Below are positions 25,475 to 34,873 of a stretch of 64,000 nucleotides of DNA, in pieces. The notes under the pieces are model-generated. The model saw only the letters and a list, made by a program, of their open reading frames with translations, searched no databases and had not been told where the DNA came from. A program made the position numbers and the translations under genes. The number at the start of each line of letters is the position of its first letter. Position 1 is the first letter of the stretch. Source of the DNA: Caulobacteraceae bacterium (GTDB lineage Bacteria; Pseudomonadota; Alphaproteobacteria; Caulobacterales; Caulobacteraceae); NCBI GenBank assembly GCA_035628275.1, contig DASPKD010000056.1, forward strand, positions 1,154 through 65,153. The letters run 5' to 3'.

Positions 25475-27037
25475 ATGAAGCGCACGCCTCTCAGTCTCGC
25501 CCTGCTCGCGGTCCTGGCGCTCGGCGCCCAGGCGCACGCCCAGGCGACCAAGCCCGCCGACAAGCGCCAGGCCCCAGCGGCGGCGCAGAAAGACCCGGCT
25601 TTCTTCGCCGCGGTCACCGGCCCGTTGATGGACACGCCCGAGGCGGTGCGCCCGGACCTCCAGCGCTTCTACGCCCTGCGCGGCTACGAGCGGGTCTGGA
25701 CCAAGGACGCCCAGGGCGCCTTCGCCCGCGCGCTCGCCGACGCCCAGCGCCACGGCCTGGACGCCAGGGACTTCCTGGACCCGCAGGCCGACCTGAAGGA
25801 CCCCGTCGCGCGCGAACTGGCGCTGACGACCGCGGCCCTGTCCTACGCCCGCGCGCTGGCGCTGGGCCGCGTCGACCCGACCGAGATGGAAGGGCTGTGG
25901 GAGCTGAAGCGCAACGCCGTCGACGCGCCGCTGGGCCTGGACCAGGCGCTCAAGACCGGCGACTTCGGCGGCTGGTTCGCAGGCCTGGCGCCGAGCGATC
26001 GCGGCTACACCGGCCTGTCCACCGCCTATCTGCACTACCTCGACCTCGTCGCCCGCGGCGGCTGGCCGGCGTTCGCGCCCGGCGCCCCGATGAAGCCCGG
26101 CGACACCGACGCGCGGGTGCCCGCCCTGGTCCAGCGGCTGATGATCGAGGGCGACCTCGAACAGCCGGTCGAGGGCGAGATCTACGACACGGTGCTGGCC
26201 GAGGCGGTGAAGAAGTTCCAGGCCCGCCACGGCCTGGCCGCCGACGGGGTGATCGGCCGCGACACCCAGACCGCGCTCGCCACCACCGCCCAGGACCGCG
26301 CCCGCCAGATCGCGCTGAACCTGGAGCGCCGCCGCTGGCTGCCGCGCCAGCTGGCGCCGGAACGGATCGAGGTGAACACCGCCGCGGCGATCATGGTCTA
26401 CTGGCGCGACGGCCAGCCGGTCGACGCCCGCCGCGTGGTCGTCGGCACCTCGAAGAACCAGACGCCCAGCCTGGAAAAGCCGTTCAACTCTCTGGTCGCC
26501 AATCCGCCCTGGTACGTGCCGGCCGGCATCGCCGCCAAGGAGATCCTGCCCAAGGGGCCGGAGTACCTGGCCAAGGAAAACATGTACGTCACCGCCGACG
26601 GGCGGGTGATCCAGCGCGCCGGTCCGGGCGCGGCGCTGGGCCTGGTGAAGTTCGAGCTGCAGGACAGCTACGCCATCTACCTGCACGACACCCCGTCCAA
26701 GTCGACCTTCAACCTGGCCAAGCGCCACAAGAGCCACGGCTGCGTGCGGGTGCACGACGCCATCGAGTTCGCGCGCCTTCTGCTGTCGGTCGATCCGCTC
26801 GCCGCGCAGAAGTTCGAGGAGCAGCTGGCGTCGGGCGAGACCAAGCGGGTCGAGCTGTCGCGCTCGATTCCGGTGCGGCTGCTGTACTGGACCGCCTTCG
26901 TCAACGGCCAGGGCCAGGTCGCCTTCCGCGAGGACGTCTACGGCCGCGACATGAAGCTCGCCCAGGCGCTCGGCCTGGACGTCAAGCTTCCCGGCGCCTC
27001 GGCCGAGGACGCCGTCGCCGACGACGTCGGACCGTAA
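25475..27037 (+). CDS. L,D-transpeptidase (YkuD domain) with peptidoglycan-binding domain, YcbB-like
   Basis: ATG 25475 gives the signal peptide MKRTPLSLALLAVLALGAQAHA. PG-binding repeat KKFQARHGLAADGVIGRDTQTAL. Catalytic block KSHGCVRVHD. Confidence 0.85.
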   Translation: MKRTPLSLALLAVLALGAQAHAQATKPADKRQAPAAAQKDPAFFAAVTGPLMDTPEAVRPDLQRFYALRGYERVWTKDAQGAFARALADAQRHGLDARDFLDPQADLKDPVARELALTTAALSYARALALGRVDPTEMEGLWELKRNAVDAPLGLDQALKTGDFGGWFAGLAPSDRGYTGLSTAYLHYLDLVARGGWPAFAPGAPMKPGDTDARVPALVQRLMIEGDLEQPVEGEIYDTVLAEAVKKFQARHGLAADGVIGRDTQTALATTAQDRARQIALNLERRRWLPRQLAPERIEVNTAAAIMVYWRDGQPVDARRVVVGTSKNQTPSLEKPFNSLVANPPWYVPAGIAAKEILPKGPEYLAKENMYVTADGRVIQRAGPGAALGLVKFELQDSYAIYLHDTPSKSTFNLAKRHKSHGCVRVHDAIEFARLLLSVDPLAAQKFEEQLASGETKRVELSRSIPVRLLYWTAFVNGQGQVAFREDVYGRDMKLAQALGLDVKLPGASAEDAVADDVGP

Positions 27038-27046
27038 GCAGTCGGA

Positions 27047-27577
27047 TCAGCCCTTCGCCGCCGCCTCGCCGGCCAGCACGCGGCTGACGGCGTGGACCAC
27101 CGAGGCGATCCGCAGCGCCGCCTGCACCTGGGTGTTGGTGGCGCCGTGCTTGCGCAGCTCGTTCTCATGCGCGTCCAGGCAGGCGCCGCAGCCGTTGATC
27201 GCCGACACCGCCGTGGACCACAGCTCGAAGTCCAGCTTGGGCGCGCCGGGATTGGCGATGACGTTCATGCGCAGCTTGGCCGGCAGGGTCCGGTACTCCT
27301 GATTGTGCATCAGGTGCAGCGCCCGATAGTAGATGTTGTTCATCCCCATGATCGCCGCCGCCGCCTTGGCCGCGTCCCTGGCCTCGGGCGTAAGCGCGTC
27401 GGCCCAGGCCTCGACCGCCTGCACCACGGCGGGCGTCCCCACCGCGTAGGCCGACGCCAGGAAGGTCCCCTGCAACTGCTGCTGGTTCAGCACCGTCTCG
27501 GTGGCTAGCGAGGACAGGTTCAGCGACAGGTCCTTGGCGTAGGAAGGCAGCGCCTCGCGCAGGGCGTCGAGCGACAT
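27047..27577 (-). CDS. ahpD: Alkyl hydroperoxide reductase AhpD (carboxymuconolactone decarboxylase family)
   Basis: [21 protein letters not shown]... and the catalytic CxxC in [13 protein letters not shown]. 176 aa. Directly downstream of ahpC. Confidence 0.9.
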   Translation of the reverse strand: MSLDALREALPSYAKDLSLNLSSLATETVLNQQQLQGTFLASAYAVGTPAVVQAVEAWADALTPEARDAAKAAAAIMGMNNIYYRALHLMHNQEYRTLPAKLRMNVIANPGAPKLDFELWSTAVSAINGCGACLDAHENELRKHGATNTQVQAALRIASVVHAVSRVLAGEAAAKG

Positions 27578-27611
27578 GGTCGGTCCAATCTGTAGGGATA
27601 GAAAAAGGGGT

Positions 27612-27654
27612 GCTCGGGAAGCGCATTCAGGGGGGAGGGGCGCGCCTCCCGAGC
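27612..27654 (-). terminator. Intercistronic stem-loop / partial terminator between ahpC and ahpD
   Basis: Outer 8-bp stem GCTCGGGA (27612-27619) / TCCCGAGC (27647-27654) enclosing a GC-rich inner hairpin. On the minus strand it is followed by ACCCCTTTTTC. Confidence 0.35.
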
Positions 27655-27680
27655 GGTCAAGCCTTCGGCGGGAAGGAGGA

Positions 27681-28241
27681 TTACGCCGCCGGCTTGAGGG
27701 TTTCGCCGCCCACCGGGCGGTTGCAGGCGCACAGTTCGTCGGTCTGCAGGCCGTCGAGCACGCGCAGGGTATCCTGCGGATTGCGGCCGACGCTCAGGCC
27801 GTTGACGGTGACGTGCTGCACCACGTTGTGCGGATCCACGACGAAGGTGGCGCGCAGAGCCACGCCCTCTTCCTCGTCCAGCACGCCGAGCGCCCGGGCG
27901 AAGCGGCCGCCGTTGTCGGCGAACTGCCAGATCGGCAGGTTGGCCAGATCCGGGTGGTCGCGGCGCCAGGCCAGCTTGGAGAACTCGTTGTCGGTCGAGC
28001 CGCCCAGCACCACCGCGTCACGGTCCTCGAAATCGCGGCCCAGGCGCGCGAACTCGGCGATCTCGGTCGGGCAGACGAAGGTGAAGTCCTTCGGATAGAA
28101 GAAGATGACTTTCCACTTGCCGGAGAAGCTTTCGGGCGTGACGGGCTCGAAGGCGCTCTGGCCGTTCTCCTCGTGCTTCATGAATTTGGGCTTCACGCCC
28201 ACGATCTTGAAGTTCGGAAGCTTCTCACCGACGCCGATCAT
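27681..28241 (-). CDS. ahpC: Peroxiredoxin AhpC (2-Cys)
   Basis: ATG 28241 preceded by [31 protein letters not shown]... with the peroxidatic Cys block [11 protein letters not shown]. The upstream part of the track ORF has no homology-like features. Confidence 0.9.
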   Translation of the reverse strand: MIGVGEKLPNFKIVGVKPKFMKHEENGQSAFEPVTPESFSGKWKVIFFYPKDFTFVCPTEIAEFARLGRDFEDRDAVVLGGSTDNEFSKLAWRRDHPDLANLPIWQFADNGGRFARALGVLDEEEGVALRATFVVDPHNVVQHVTVNGLSVGRNPQDTLRVLDGLQTDELCACNRPVGGETLKPAA

Positions 28242-28343
28242 TCGCTCTTCTCCTGGGAGTGTTTCGGTGCGGCGAGGCCGCCGCGAGGCACGCATGTAGG
28301 GACGTCCGCTCGCCAGATCAAATCGATTGTTCTTGGGTCCGCG

Positions 28344-28358
28344 ATAAAGAACCCCTAT
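28344..28358. promoter_or_regulatory. Candidate OxyR/LysR half-operator in the ahpC-oxyR divergent region
   Basis: ATAA-N7-CTAT (one mismatch to the ATAG-N7-CTAT OxyR unit; contains the LysR T-N11-A core). Lies 12 nt upstream of the oxyR ATG. A convincing second unit was not found. Confidence 0.3.
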
Positions 28359-28369
28359 ACGTCGCACCC

Positions 28370-29254
28370 ATGCTCCCGACCCTGCGCCAGCTCCAGTACC
28401 TGAAGCTGCTGGCCGAGCACCGCTCGTTCAGCCGCGCCGCCGACGCCGCCCACGTGAGCCAGCCCGCCCTGTCGGCGGGCATCCAGGAGCTGGAGGCGGC
28501 GCTGGGCTCGCCGGTGGTCGAGCGCGCTCGCGGCGGGGTGATCCTGACCCCGATCGGCGAGGAGGCGGTGCTCAGGGCCCAGGACGTGCTGGCCCGGGTC
28601 GAGGATCTGATGGACTTCGCCCGCAAGGCCGGCGAGCCGCTGTCGGGCCGCTTCCGCCTGGGGGTGATCCCGACCGTCGCCCCTTTCCTGCTGCCCGAGG
28701 CCCTGCCGCGCCTGCGCCTGCGCTTCCCCCAGCTGCGGCTGTTCTTGCGCGAGGACCTGACCCAGCGGCTGATCGCGGCGCTGAAATCGGGCGCCCTGGA
28801 CGCGGCCCTGATCGCCCTCCCTTACGACACCACGGGGCTGGAGCACGCCTTCGTCCGCGACGACGAGATCCTGGCCGCCGCGCCGGCGAATCACCGGTTC
28901 GCGGCGATGAAGCGGGTCAGCCCCGAGGCCCTGGAAGGCGACGAGCTGATCCTGCTGGAGGACGGCCACTGCTTGCGCGAACACGCGCTGGCGGCCTGCA
29001 ATCTGAACGGCCCGTCCGCCGACAAGGCCTTCGCCGCCACCTCGCTGCACACCCTGATGCAGATGGTGGGCTCGGGCCTCGGCGTTTCGCTGGTCCCGGC
29101 CATGGCGGTGGAGGCGGGCCTGGCCGAAACCGCCCGCGTCACCGTGCGCCCGCTCCAAGCCAAGGAGCCCAAGCGCGAGATCGTCCTGGCCTGGCGCCAG
29201 GGCTCCAGCCGCGCCCCCGAAGGCCGCCTGCTGGCCGAGGCGCTGCAAGCGTAG
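28370..29254 (+). CDS. oxyR: Hydrogen peroxide-inducible LysR-family regulator OxyR
   Basis: LysR HTH LRQLQYLKLLAEHRSFSRAADAAHVSQPALSAGIQELE. Redox pair in LLEDGHCLREHALAACNL with the two Cys 9 residues apart, as in E. coli OxyR C199/C208. Divergent from ahpCD. Confidence 0.85.
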   Translation: MLPTLRQLQYLKLLAEHRSFSRAADAAHVSQPALSAGIQELEAALGSPVVERARGGVILTPIGEEAVLRAQDVLARVEDLMDFARKAGEPLSGRFRLGVIPTVAPFLLPEALPRLRLRFPQLRLFLREDLTQRLIAALKSGALDAALIALPYDTTGLEHAFVRDDEILAAAPANHRFAAMKRVSPEALEGDELILLEDGHCLREHALAACNLNGPSADKAFAATSLHTLMQMVGSGLGVSLVPAMAVEAGLAETARVTVRPLQAKEPKREIVLAWRQGSSRAPEGRLLAEALQA

Positions 29255-29389
29255 GCACCGCGAGGGACATCGATTCGGCGGTCGCCGAGCGCTCCGCGCC
29301 TCCCCCTTCGGAACTCCGGCCCATCGATGCGGATGCCTTCGCCCACGCCCTTGTCAGCCGGGATAGCGCGCAGGCGCTTGCCGGGAACC

Positions 29390-30202
29390 TCACGTCCCGA
29401 ACGGCACCACCTTGTTGTCGGCGTCGTGGCCGATGTCGGCGCGGCCGAGGTAGGGGATGCCGGACGCGGCGCACCAGTGGCGCACCACCGCTTCCTCGGT
29501 CAGGACGAAGTCGGGATCGTTTTCCGGAATCGCGCTGCAGCGGCCGAGGCGTATGCCGGCCAGCCGCCGCATCGCCGGCTGGGAGGTGATGTGGAACAGG
29601 TGCCGGTCGATCCGGTACATGTGCTCGGCCACCTCCTCCAGCATCAGCACGTGGCCTCCCAGGTCCGGCGCCCAGGGCGTGCCCAGCAGGTGGGTCAGGA
29701 TCACCATGTTGAAGGCCGCCGTCGGGGCGTCGTCGCGGCCGACGCTGGGCTCCAGCGCCGCCGGGTCGCGCCGGGTCAGCCAGGCCAGCGCGCGTGCGAT
29801 CGCCGCCTCGCCGCCCTCGCGCCGGACGTCCTGGACGATCGGTCCGTGCGCCACCTGCGGAAAGCCGGCGGCGTAGAGGGCGCCCAGCAGGGTTCCGGCG
29901 TCGCTGTAGCCGAGGTAGGCCTTTCGTCGCGCCCCCGCCTCCAGACGCGGCATGACGGCCTCCACAAGGCGGCAGGCGCCGTAGCCGCCGCGCGCCCACC
30001 AAAGCGCGTCGAAGCTTTCGTCGTTCGCCACGTCGAGAAAAGCCTGGATCCGCGCGGTGTCCGGCCCGGCGAAATGGCCCTCAGACAGGAAACACTGCGG
30101 GTGAAACCAGACCTCGACGCCGCCTCGCGGATACAACGAGCGGACCAGGGCCTGGACCCGGTCGGCGGTCTCCTGTTCGATGCGGCAGCCCGGCGCGACC
30201 AC
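29390..30202 (-). CDS. ldcA: LD-carboxypeptidase (muramoyltetrapeptide carboxypeptidase, S66 family)
   Basis: Blocks FAGPDTARIQAFLDVANDESFDALWWARGGYGACRL and GYSDAGTLL are typical of LdcA. GTG start at 30202. No further upstream ATG/GTG/TTG before an in-frame stop. Confidence 0.8.
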   Translation of the reverse strand: MVAPGCRIEQETADRVQALVRSLYPRGGVEVWFHPQCFLSEGHFAGPDTARIQAFLDVANDESFDALWWARGGYGACRLVEAVMPRLEAGARRKAYLGYSDAGTLLGALYAAGFPQVAHGPIVQDVRREGGEAAIARALAWLTRRDPAALEPSVGRDDAPTAAFNMVILTHLLGTPWAPDLGGHVLMLEEVAEHMYRIDRHLFHITSQPAMRRLAGIRLGRCSAIPENDPDFVLTEEAVVRHWCAASGIPYLGRADIGHDADNKVVPFGT

Positions 30203-30289
30203 GCCGATCCTGTATTCGTCTTTACCGTTCAGCGGCTTGCTCCGGCGTTCGATTGTCAGCGGCGGTCCGGGCGCCTATAGGCTGAACGG

Positions 30290-31705
30290 ATGAGCCAGGG
30301 TCCATCCTATTTCTTTTGCGGCGTCGGCGGCAGCGGCATGGCGCCCCTGGCCCTGATCGTCCAGAGCCGCGGCGCCTCCGTCGAGGGTTCCGACCGCGCG
30401 CTGGACCAGGGGCGCACCGGCGACAAGTTCGCATGGCTGGCCGCGCGCGGCGTCGGCCTGCATCCCCAGGACGGCAGCGGCGTCACCCGATCCGACCAGA
30501 TCCTCGTCGCCTCCGGTGCGATCGAGGAGACCGTGCCCGATATCCAGGCCGCCCGTCGCGTGGGCGCGGCGGTCATGTCCCGCGCCGAGCTGCTGGCCCG
30601 CCTGTTCAACGCCGCGCCGACAGGCGTGGGCGTCGCCGGCACCAGCGGCAAGTCGACCACCACCGGCATGATCGCCCTGATCCTGCACCGAGCCGGACTC
30701 GACCCGACGGTGATGAACGGCGCGGTGATGAAGAACTTCGTCACCGCCGACAGTCCCTACGCCTCGGCCCTGGTCGGGCGGGGCGAGACCTTCGTCAGCG
30801 AGGTGGACGAGAGCGACGGCTCCATCGCCCTGTACGCCCCGACGGTGGCGGTGGTGAACAACGTCTCGCTGGACCACAAGTCCATGGACGAGTTGCGCGC
30901 CCTGTTCGGCGCCTATGTCGCCAAGGCGAAGACCGCGGTGCTGAACCTCGACAACGCCGAGACCGCCGCCCTGGCCGCCGCCCTGCCGCGCGAACGCCTG
31001 ATCGCCTACAGCCTGTCCGATCCGGCGGCCGACCTGCTGGGGAGCGATCTGGTTCCCGCGCCAGACGGCGTCGCGTTTCGGGTGACGGCGCGCGCGGACG
31101 GCGAGAGCCTGCCGGTCCGGCTGAAGGTCCCGGGCGCGCATAACGTCGCCAACGCCTTGGCGGCGCTGGGCGCGTGCGTCGCCTGCGGCGTGCCGCTGGC
31201 CGAGGCGGCCGCGGCGCTGGAGGGCTTCACCGGAATCCGGCGGCGGCTGGAGGTGGTCGGGACCGCCGAGGGCGTGACGGTGATCGACGATTTCGGGCAC
31301 AACCCCGACAAGATCGGCGCCACCCTGGACACCCTGCACGCCTTCCCGGGGCGGCTGCTGATCATGTTCCAGCCGCACGGCTTCGGTCCGCTAAAGAAGA
31401 TGCGTGCGGAGTTCGTCGACGGCTTCGCCGAGCGGCTGAACCCCGACGACGTGCTGCTGATGCCAGAGCCTGTCTACTACGGCGGCACCACCGACCGCAG
31501 CGTCGGCAGCGGCGACATCGCCGAGGGCGTGAGCGCGCGCGGCCGTCGGGCCGAGGCCCTGGCCGACCGAGCCGCCTGCGGCGAGCGGCTGCTGAGCCTC
31601 GCGCGGCCCGGCGACCGGATCGTGGTCATGGGCGCGCGCGACGACACCCTGTCCCAGTTCGCCGCCGAGCTGCTGGAGCGGATCGGCGCGCGGGCGTTGG
31701 TCTAG
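30290..31705 (+). CDS. Mur ligase family protein, MurC/Mpl-like
   Basis: N-terminal [13 protein letters not shown] (MurC-type nucleotide-binding domain), P-loop [11 protein letters not shown], Mur ligase middle and C-terminal domains. Not in a dcw cluster. Divergent from ldcA. Confidence 0.75.
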   Translation: MSQGPSYFFCGVGGSGMAPLALIVQSRGASVEGSDRALDQGRTGDKFAWLAARGVGLHPQDGSGVTRSDQILVASGAIEETVPDIQAARRVGAAVMSRAELLARLFNAAPTGVGVAGTSGKSTTTGMIALILHRAGLDPTVMNGAVMKNFVTADSPYASALVGRGETFVSEVDESDGSIALYAPTVAVVNNVSLDHKSMDELRALFGAYVAKAKTAVLNLDNAETAALAAALPRERLIAYSLSDPAADLLGSDLVPAPDGVAFRVTARADGESLPVRLKVPGAHNVANALAALGACVACGVPLAEAAAALEGFTGIRRRLEVVGTAEGVTVIDDFGHNPDKIGATLDTLHAFPGRLLIMFQPHGFGPLKKMRAEFVDGFAERLNPDDVLLMPEPVYYGGTTDRSVGSGDIAEGVSARGRRAEALADRAACGERLLSLARPGDRIVVMGARDDTLSQFAAELLERIGARALV

Positions 31706-31754
31706 AGCGCGGCCCCGAAAAGTGGACTCCGGTATTCGGCCCGGCCGCGCGCCC

Positions 31755-31991
31755 TCAGGAGTCGCGGCGATCCAGCACCGCCCCCACCCCCTCGTCGCTG
31801 ACGATGCGCACGCCCTCGCGGGTCAGGGCGGCGAACACCTTGGTCTCGACCTCGCGCCGCACGGTGCGCCCCGCCTCCAGCTGGGTCACGGTGCTGGCGC
31901 TCACGCCCGCCGCCGCGGCCAGGTCCTGCACCGACCACTTCAGCAGGGCGCGCGCCGCACGCGAGGCTTCGGCGGGTACGAGACCGTCCAT
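31755..31991 (-). CDS. Small XRE-family helix-turn-helix protein
   Basis: Internal ATG 31991 gives 78 aa with the HTH block WSVQDLAAAAGVSASTVTQLEAG. The longer track ORF extends upstream through Arg/Gly-rich junk. Confidence 0.65.
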   Translation of the reverse strand: MDGLVPAEASRAARALLKWSVQDLAAAAGVSASTVTQLEAGRTVRREVETKVFAALTREGVRIVSDEGVGAVLDRRDS

Positions 31992-32059
31992 GGCGCCTAC
32001 AACCCTCGAACGAGGCGAGGTTTCCCACGACCGGTCGTAAGAAGATCGTGAGAGGACGG

Positions 32060-33109
32060 ATGAACGCCGCCCACGTCCGCCTCGGCCTGCTCGCTTGGTA
32101 CGACGCCCACGCCCGCGTCCTGCCCTGGCGCGTGGGTCCGGCCGAGGCGTCGCGGGGGGTGCGCGCCGATCCTTATGCGGTGTGGCTGTCGGAGGTGATG
32201 CTGCAGCAGACCACCGTGCCGCACGCCGCGCCATACTTCCTGAAGTTCCTCCGGCGCTGGCCGACCGTCGCCGACCTCGCCGCGGCCCAGGACGCGGAGG
32301 TGATGGCCGCCTGGGCGGGGCTCGGCTACTACGCCCGCGCGCGAAACCTGCTGGCCTGCGCCCGGGCGGTGGCGGAGCGGCACGGCGGCGTGTTCCCCGA
32401 TTCGGAGGAGGGCCTGCGCGGACTTCCGGGCGTCGGCGCCTATACGGCGGCGGCGGTGGCGGCGATCGCCTTCGGCAGGCCCGCCGTGGTGGTCGACGGC
32501 AACGTCGAGCGGGTGGTGGCGCGGCTGTACGCGGTGGAGACGCCGCTGCCCGCCGTCAAGCCCGAACTGACCCGCCTGGCGGCCGGGCTGACGGACGAGA
32601 ACCGTCCCGGCGACTGGGCCCAGGCGCTGATGGACCTGGGCGCGACCGTGTGTCGACCGAAAGCGCCGCTCTGCGACCGGTGCCCCATGAGCGACGGCTG
32701 TTCCGCCTTCGCGAGCGGAACGCCCGACGCGTGGCCGCGCAGGATCGCGAGGGCGGCCAAGCCGCGCCGCTACGGGATCGCCTGGCTGGCGCTGAACGAG
32801 GGGCGCGTGGCCCTGATCCGCCGCCCGCCGAAGGGACTGCTCGGCGGAATGCTGGGCCTGCCCACCTCCGACTGGACCGCGGCGCCGGTCGAGGCCGCTC
32901 CGCTCGCGCCGGGCGACTGGCGCGAGGTCGGCGCGGTCGAGCACGTCTTCACCCACTTCGCTCTGACGCTGCGGGTGCGGCGCGCCGAAGCGACGCCGCC
33001 GGGCGTGATCTGGACCGCGCCCGAGGGGCTGTCGGATCTGCCGAGCGTATTCCTCAAGGCCGCGCGCCTGGGGCTCGGCATCCAGCGGTCGCGGCGAAGC
33101 GCGGCCTGA
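32060..33109 (+). CDS. mutY: A/G-specific adenine DNA glycosylase MutY
   Basis: LLAWYDAHARVLPWR, YAVWLSEVMLQQTTV, HhH-GPD LPGVGAYTAAAVAAIAF, Fe-S cluster CRPKAPLCDRCPMSDGC, and a NUDIX-like C-terminal domain. ATG 32060 follows AGAGGA; GTG 32048 is the alternative start. Confidence 0.85.
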   Translation: MNAAHVRLGLLAWYDAHARVLPWRVGPAEASRGVRADPYAVWLSEVMLQQTTVPHAAPYFLKFLRRWPTVADLAAAQDAEVMAAWAGLGYYARARNLLACARAVAERHGGVFPDSEEGLRGLPGVGAYTAAAVAAIAFGRPAVVVDGNVERVVARLYAVETPLPAVKPELTRLAAGLTDENRPGDWAQALMDLGATVCRPKAPLCDRCPMSDGCSAFASGTPDAWPRRIARAAKPRRYGIAWLALNEGRVALIRRPPKGLLGGMLGLPTSDWTAAPVEAAPLAPGDWREVGAVEHVFTHFALTLRVRRAEATPPGVIWTAPEGLSDLPSVFLKAARLGLGIQRSRRSAA

Positions 33110-33148
33110 GCTTTCCAACCGCTCCGCTCCGTCCTATCTGGCCCTGCG

Positions 33149-33928
33149 ATGCTGCTCGTCCTGTCCCCCGCCAAGTCGCTCGACTTCACCCCCGCGCCCG
33201 AGGGGCTGCCGGCCACGCGGCCGACGCTGGCGGACGAGACCGCCCGGCTGGCGACGACGGCGCGGCGGCTGAAGGCGGCGGATCTGAAGCGGCTGATGTC
33301 GATCTCCGACAAGCTGGCGACCCTGAACCGCGAGCGGTTCCAGGCTTTCGATCCCGCGTCCGACGAGGGGGTGCAGGCGGCCCTGGCGTTCGACGGGGAC
33401 GTCTATCAGGGGCTCGACGCGCGCAGCCTGGACCCCGAGGCGCTCCTCTGGGCGCAGGACCGGCTGCGCATCCTGTCGGGCCTCTACGGCGTGCTGCGCC
33501 CGCTCGACCGCATCCAGCCGTACCGGCTCGAGATGGGCGTGCGGCTGAAGACCCGCCGCGGTGAAAGCCTCTACGACTTCTGGGGCGACCGCATCGCCAA
33601 GGCCCTGCGCGCCGACGCCGAGGGTCACGCCGACCCGACCGTCATCAACCTGGCCAGCCAGGAGTACTTTGAGGCGGTGGACGTTCGCGCGCTGAAGCGG
33701 CCGGTGATCGACGTGCGCTTCGTTGAGGAGAAGGACGGCCAGGCCCGGGTGATCAGCTTCTTCGCGAAGAAGGCGCGCGGCCTGATGGCGCGCTGGGCGA
33801 TCGACGAGCGGGCCGAGCGCGCCGATGAGCTGAAGCGCTTCGACGGCGCCGGATACCGCTTCCGACCCGACGCCTCCTCGGAACGCGCATGGACCTTCAG
33901 CCGGCCGCAGCCGCCTTCGCCGGCCTGA
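33149..33928 (+). CDS. yaaA: Peroxide stress protein YaaA (UPF0246)
   Basis: MLLVLSPAKSLDF..., LSGLYGVLRPLDRIQPYRLEMG and NLASQEYF are hallmark YaaA blocks. Confidence 0.85.
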   Translation: MLLVLSPAKSLDFTPAPEGLPATRPTLADETARLATTARRLKAADLKRLMSISDKLATLNRERFQAFDPASDEGVQAALAFDGDVYQGLDARSLDPEALLWAQDRLRILSGLYGVLRPLDRIQPYRLEMGVRLKTRRGESLYDFWGDRIAKALRADAEGHADPTVINLASQEYFEAVDVRALKRPVIDVRFVEEKDGQARVISFFAKKARGLMARWAIDERAERADELKRFDGAGYRFRPDASSERAWTFSRPQPPSPA

Positions 33929-34065
33929 GCCTCGCCAAGCGCGGCCTTGGCGGCTATGGTCGCGTGGAATTCATCGGCGAGTGAAATTCCATGTTCGGCT
34001 GGCTCAAGACATCGGGACGCGGAAAAGCTATGCCGCAGCGCAACATGACCGAGGAGCCCCGCCCG

Positions 34066-34869
34066 ATGCCCGCCGACCCGTTCGCCAGCCTGAAAGACCA
34101 GGTCGCCGTGGTCACCGGTTCGACCTCGGGCATCGGGCTGGCGATCGCGAAGGCCTTGTCCGAGCGTGGCGTGCGCGTGGTGCTGAACGGGCTGAGCGAC
34201 GCGGCCGAGATCGAGCGCACCCGCGCGGCTCTCGAGGAGCAGACCGGCACGGCCGTCCGCTACCACGGCGCCAACATGCTGAACGGGGCCGAGATCGCGG
34301 AGCTGATCGGCTTCGCCAAGGCGGAGTTCGGCCGGCTCGACATCCTGGTCAACAACGCCGGCGTCCAGCACGTGCAGGCGATCGACGAGTTCCCGCCGGA
34401 GAAGTGGGACCTGATCATCGGCGTGAACCTGTCGGCGACCTTCCACGCGATCCGCGCCGCCGTGCCGATCATGAAATCGCAGGGGCGCGGGCGGATCGTC
34501 AACATCGCCTCGGCTCACGGCCTGGTCGCCTCGCCGTTCAAGGCGCCCTACGTGGCCTCCAAACACGGGGTGGTCGGCCTCACCAAGGGCGTAGGCGTCG
34601 AGCTGGCCAGGACCGGGATCACCTGCAACGCCATCTGCCCGGGCTATGTGAAGACGCCGCTGGTCGAGGGCCAGATCGTCGATCAGGCCAAGGCGCGTGG
34701 GATCAGCGAGGCGGAGGTGATGGAGAACGTCATCCTCGCCGCCCAGCCGAACAAGCGTTTCGTCGAGTACCCGGAGCTGACCGGCCTGCTGCTGTACCTG
34801 GTCTCCGACGCCGGCGCCTCGGCCACCGGGGCCGCCTACTCCGTCGACGGCGGCTGGACGGCCCAGTAG
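34066..34869 (+). CDS. bdhA: 3-hydroxybutyrate dehydrogenase (short-chain dehydrogenase/reductase)
   Basis: VAVVTGSTSGIGLAIA cofactor motif, NNAGVQHV, catalytic S...YVASKHG, and the ending YSVDGGWTAQ typical of BdhA. Start set at ATG 34066 (GAGGAG 9 nt upstream); the track ORF begins at 33991. Confidence 0.8.
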   Translation: MPADPFASLKDQVAVVTGSTSGIGLAIAKALSERGVRVVLNGLSDAAEIERTRAALEEQTGTAVRYHGANMLNGAEIAELIGFAKAEFGRLDILVNNAGVQHVQAIDEFPPEKWDLIIGVNLSATFHAIRAAVPIMKSQGRGRIVNIASAHGLVASPFKAPYVASKHGVVGLTKGVGVELARTGITCNAICPGYVKTPLVEGQIVDQAKARGISEAEVMENVILAAQPNKRFVEYPELTGLLLYLVSDAGASATGAAYSVDGGWTAQ

Positions 34870-34873
34870 CGGC

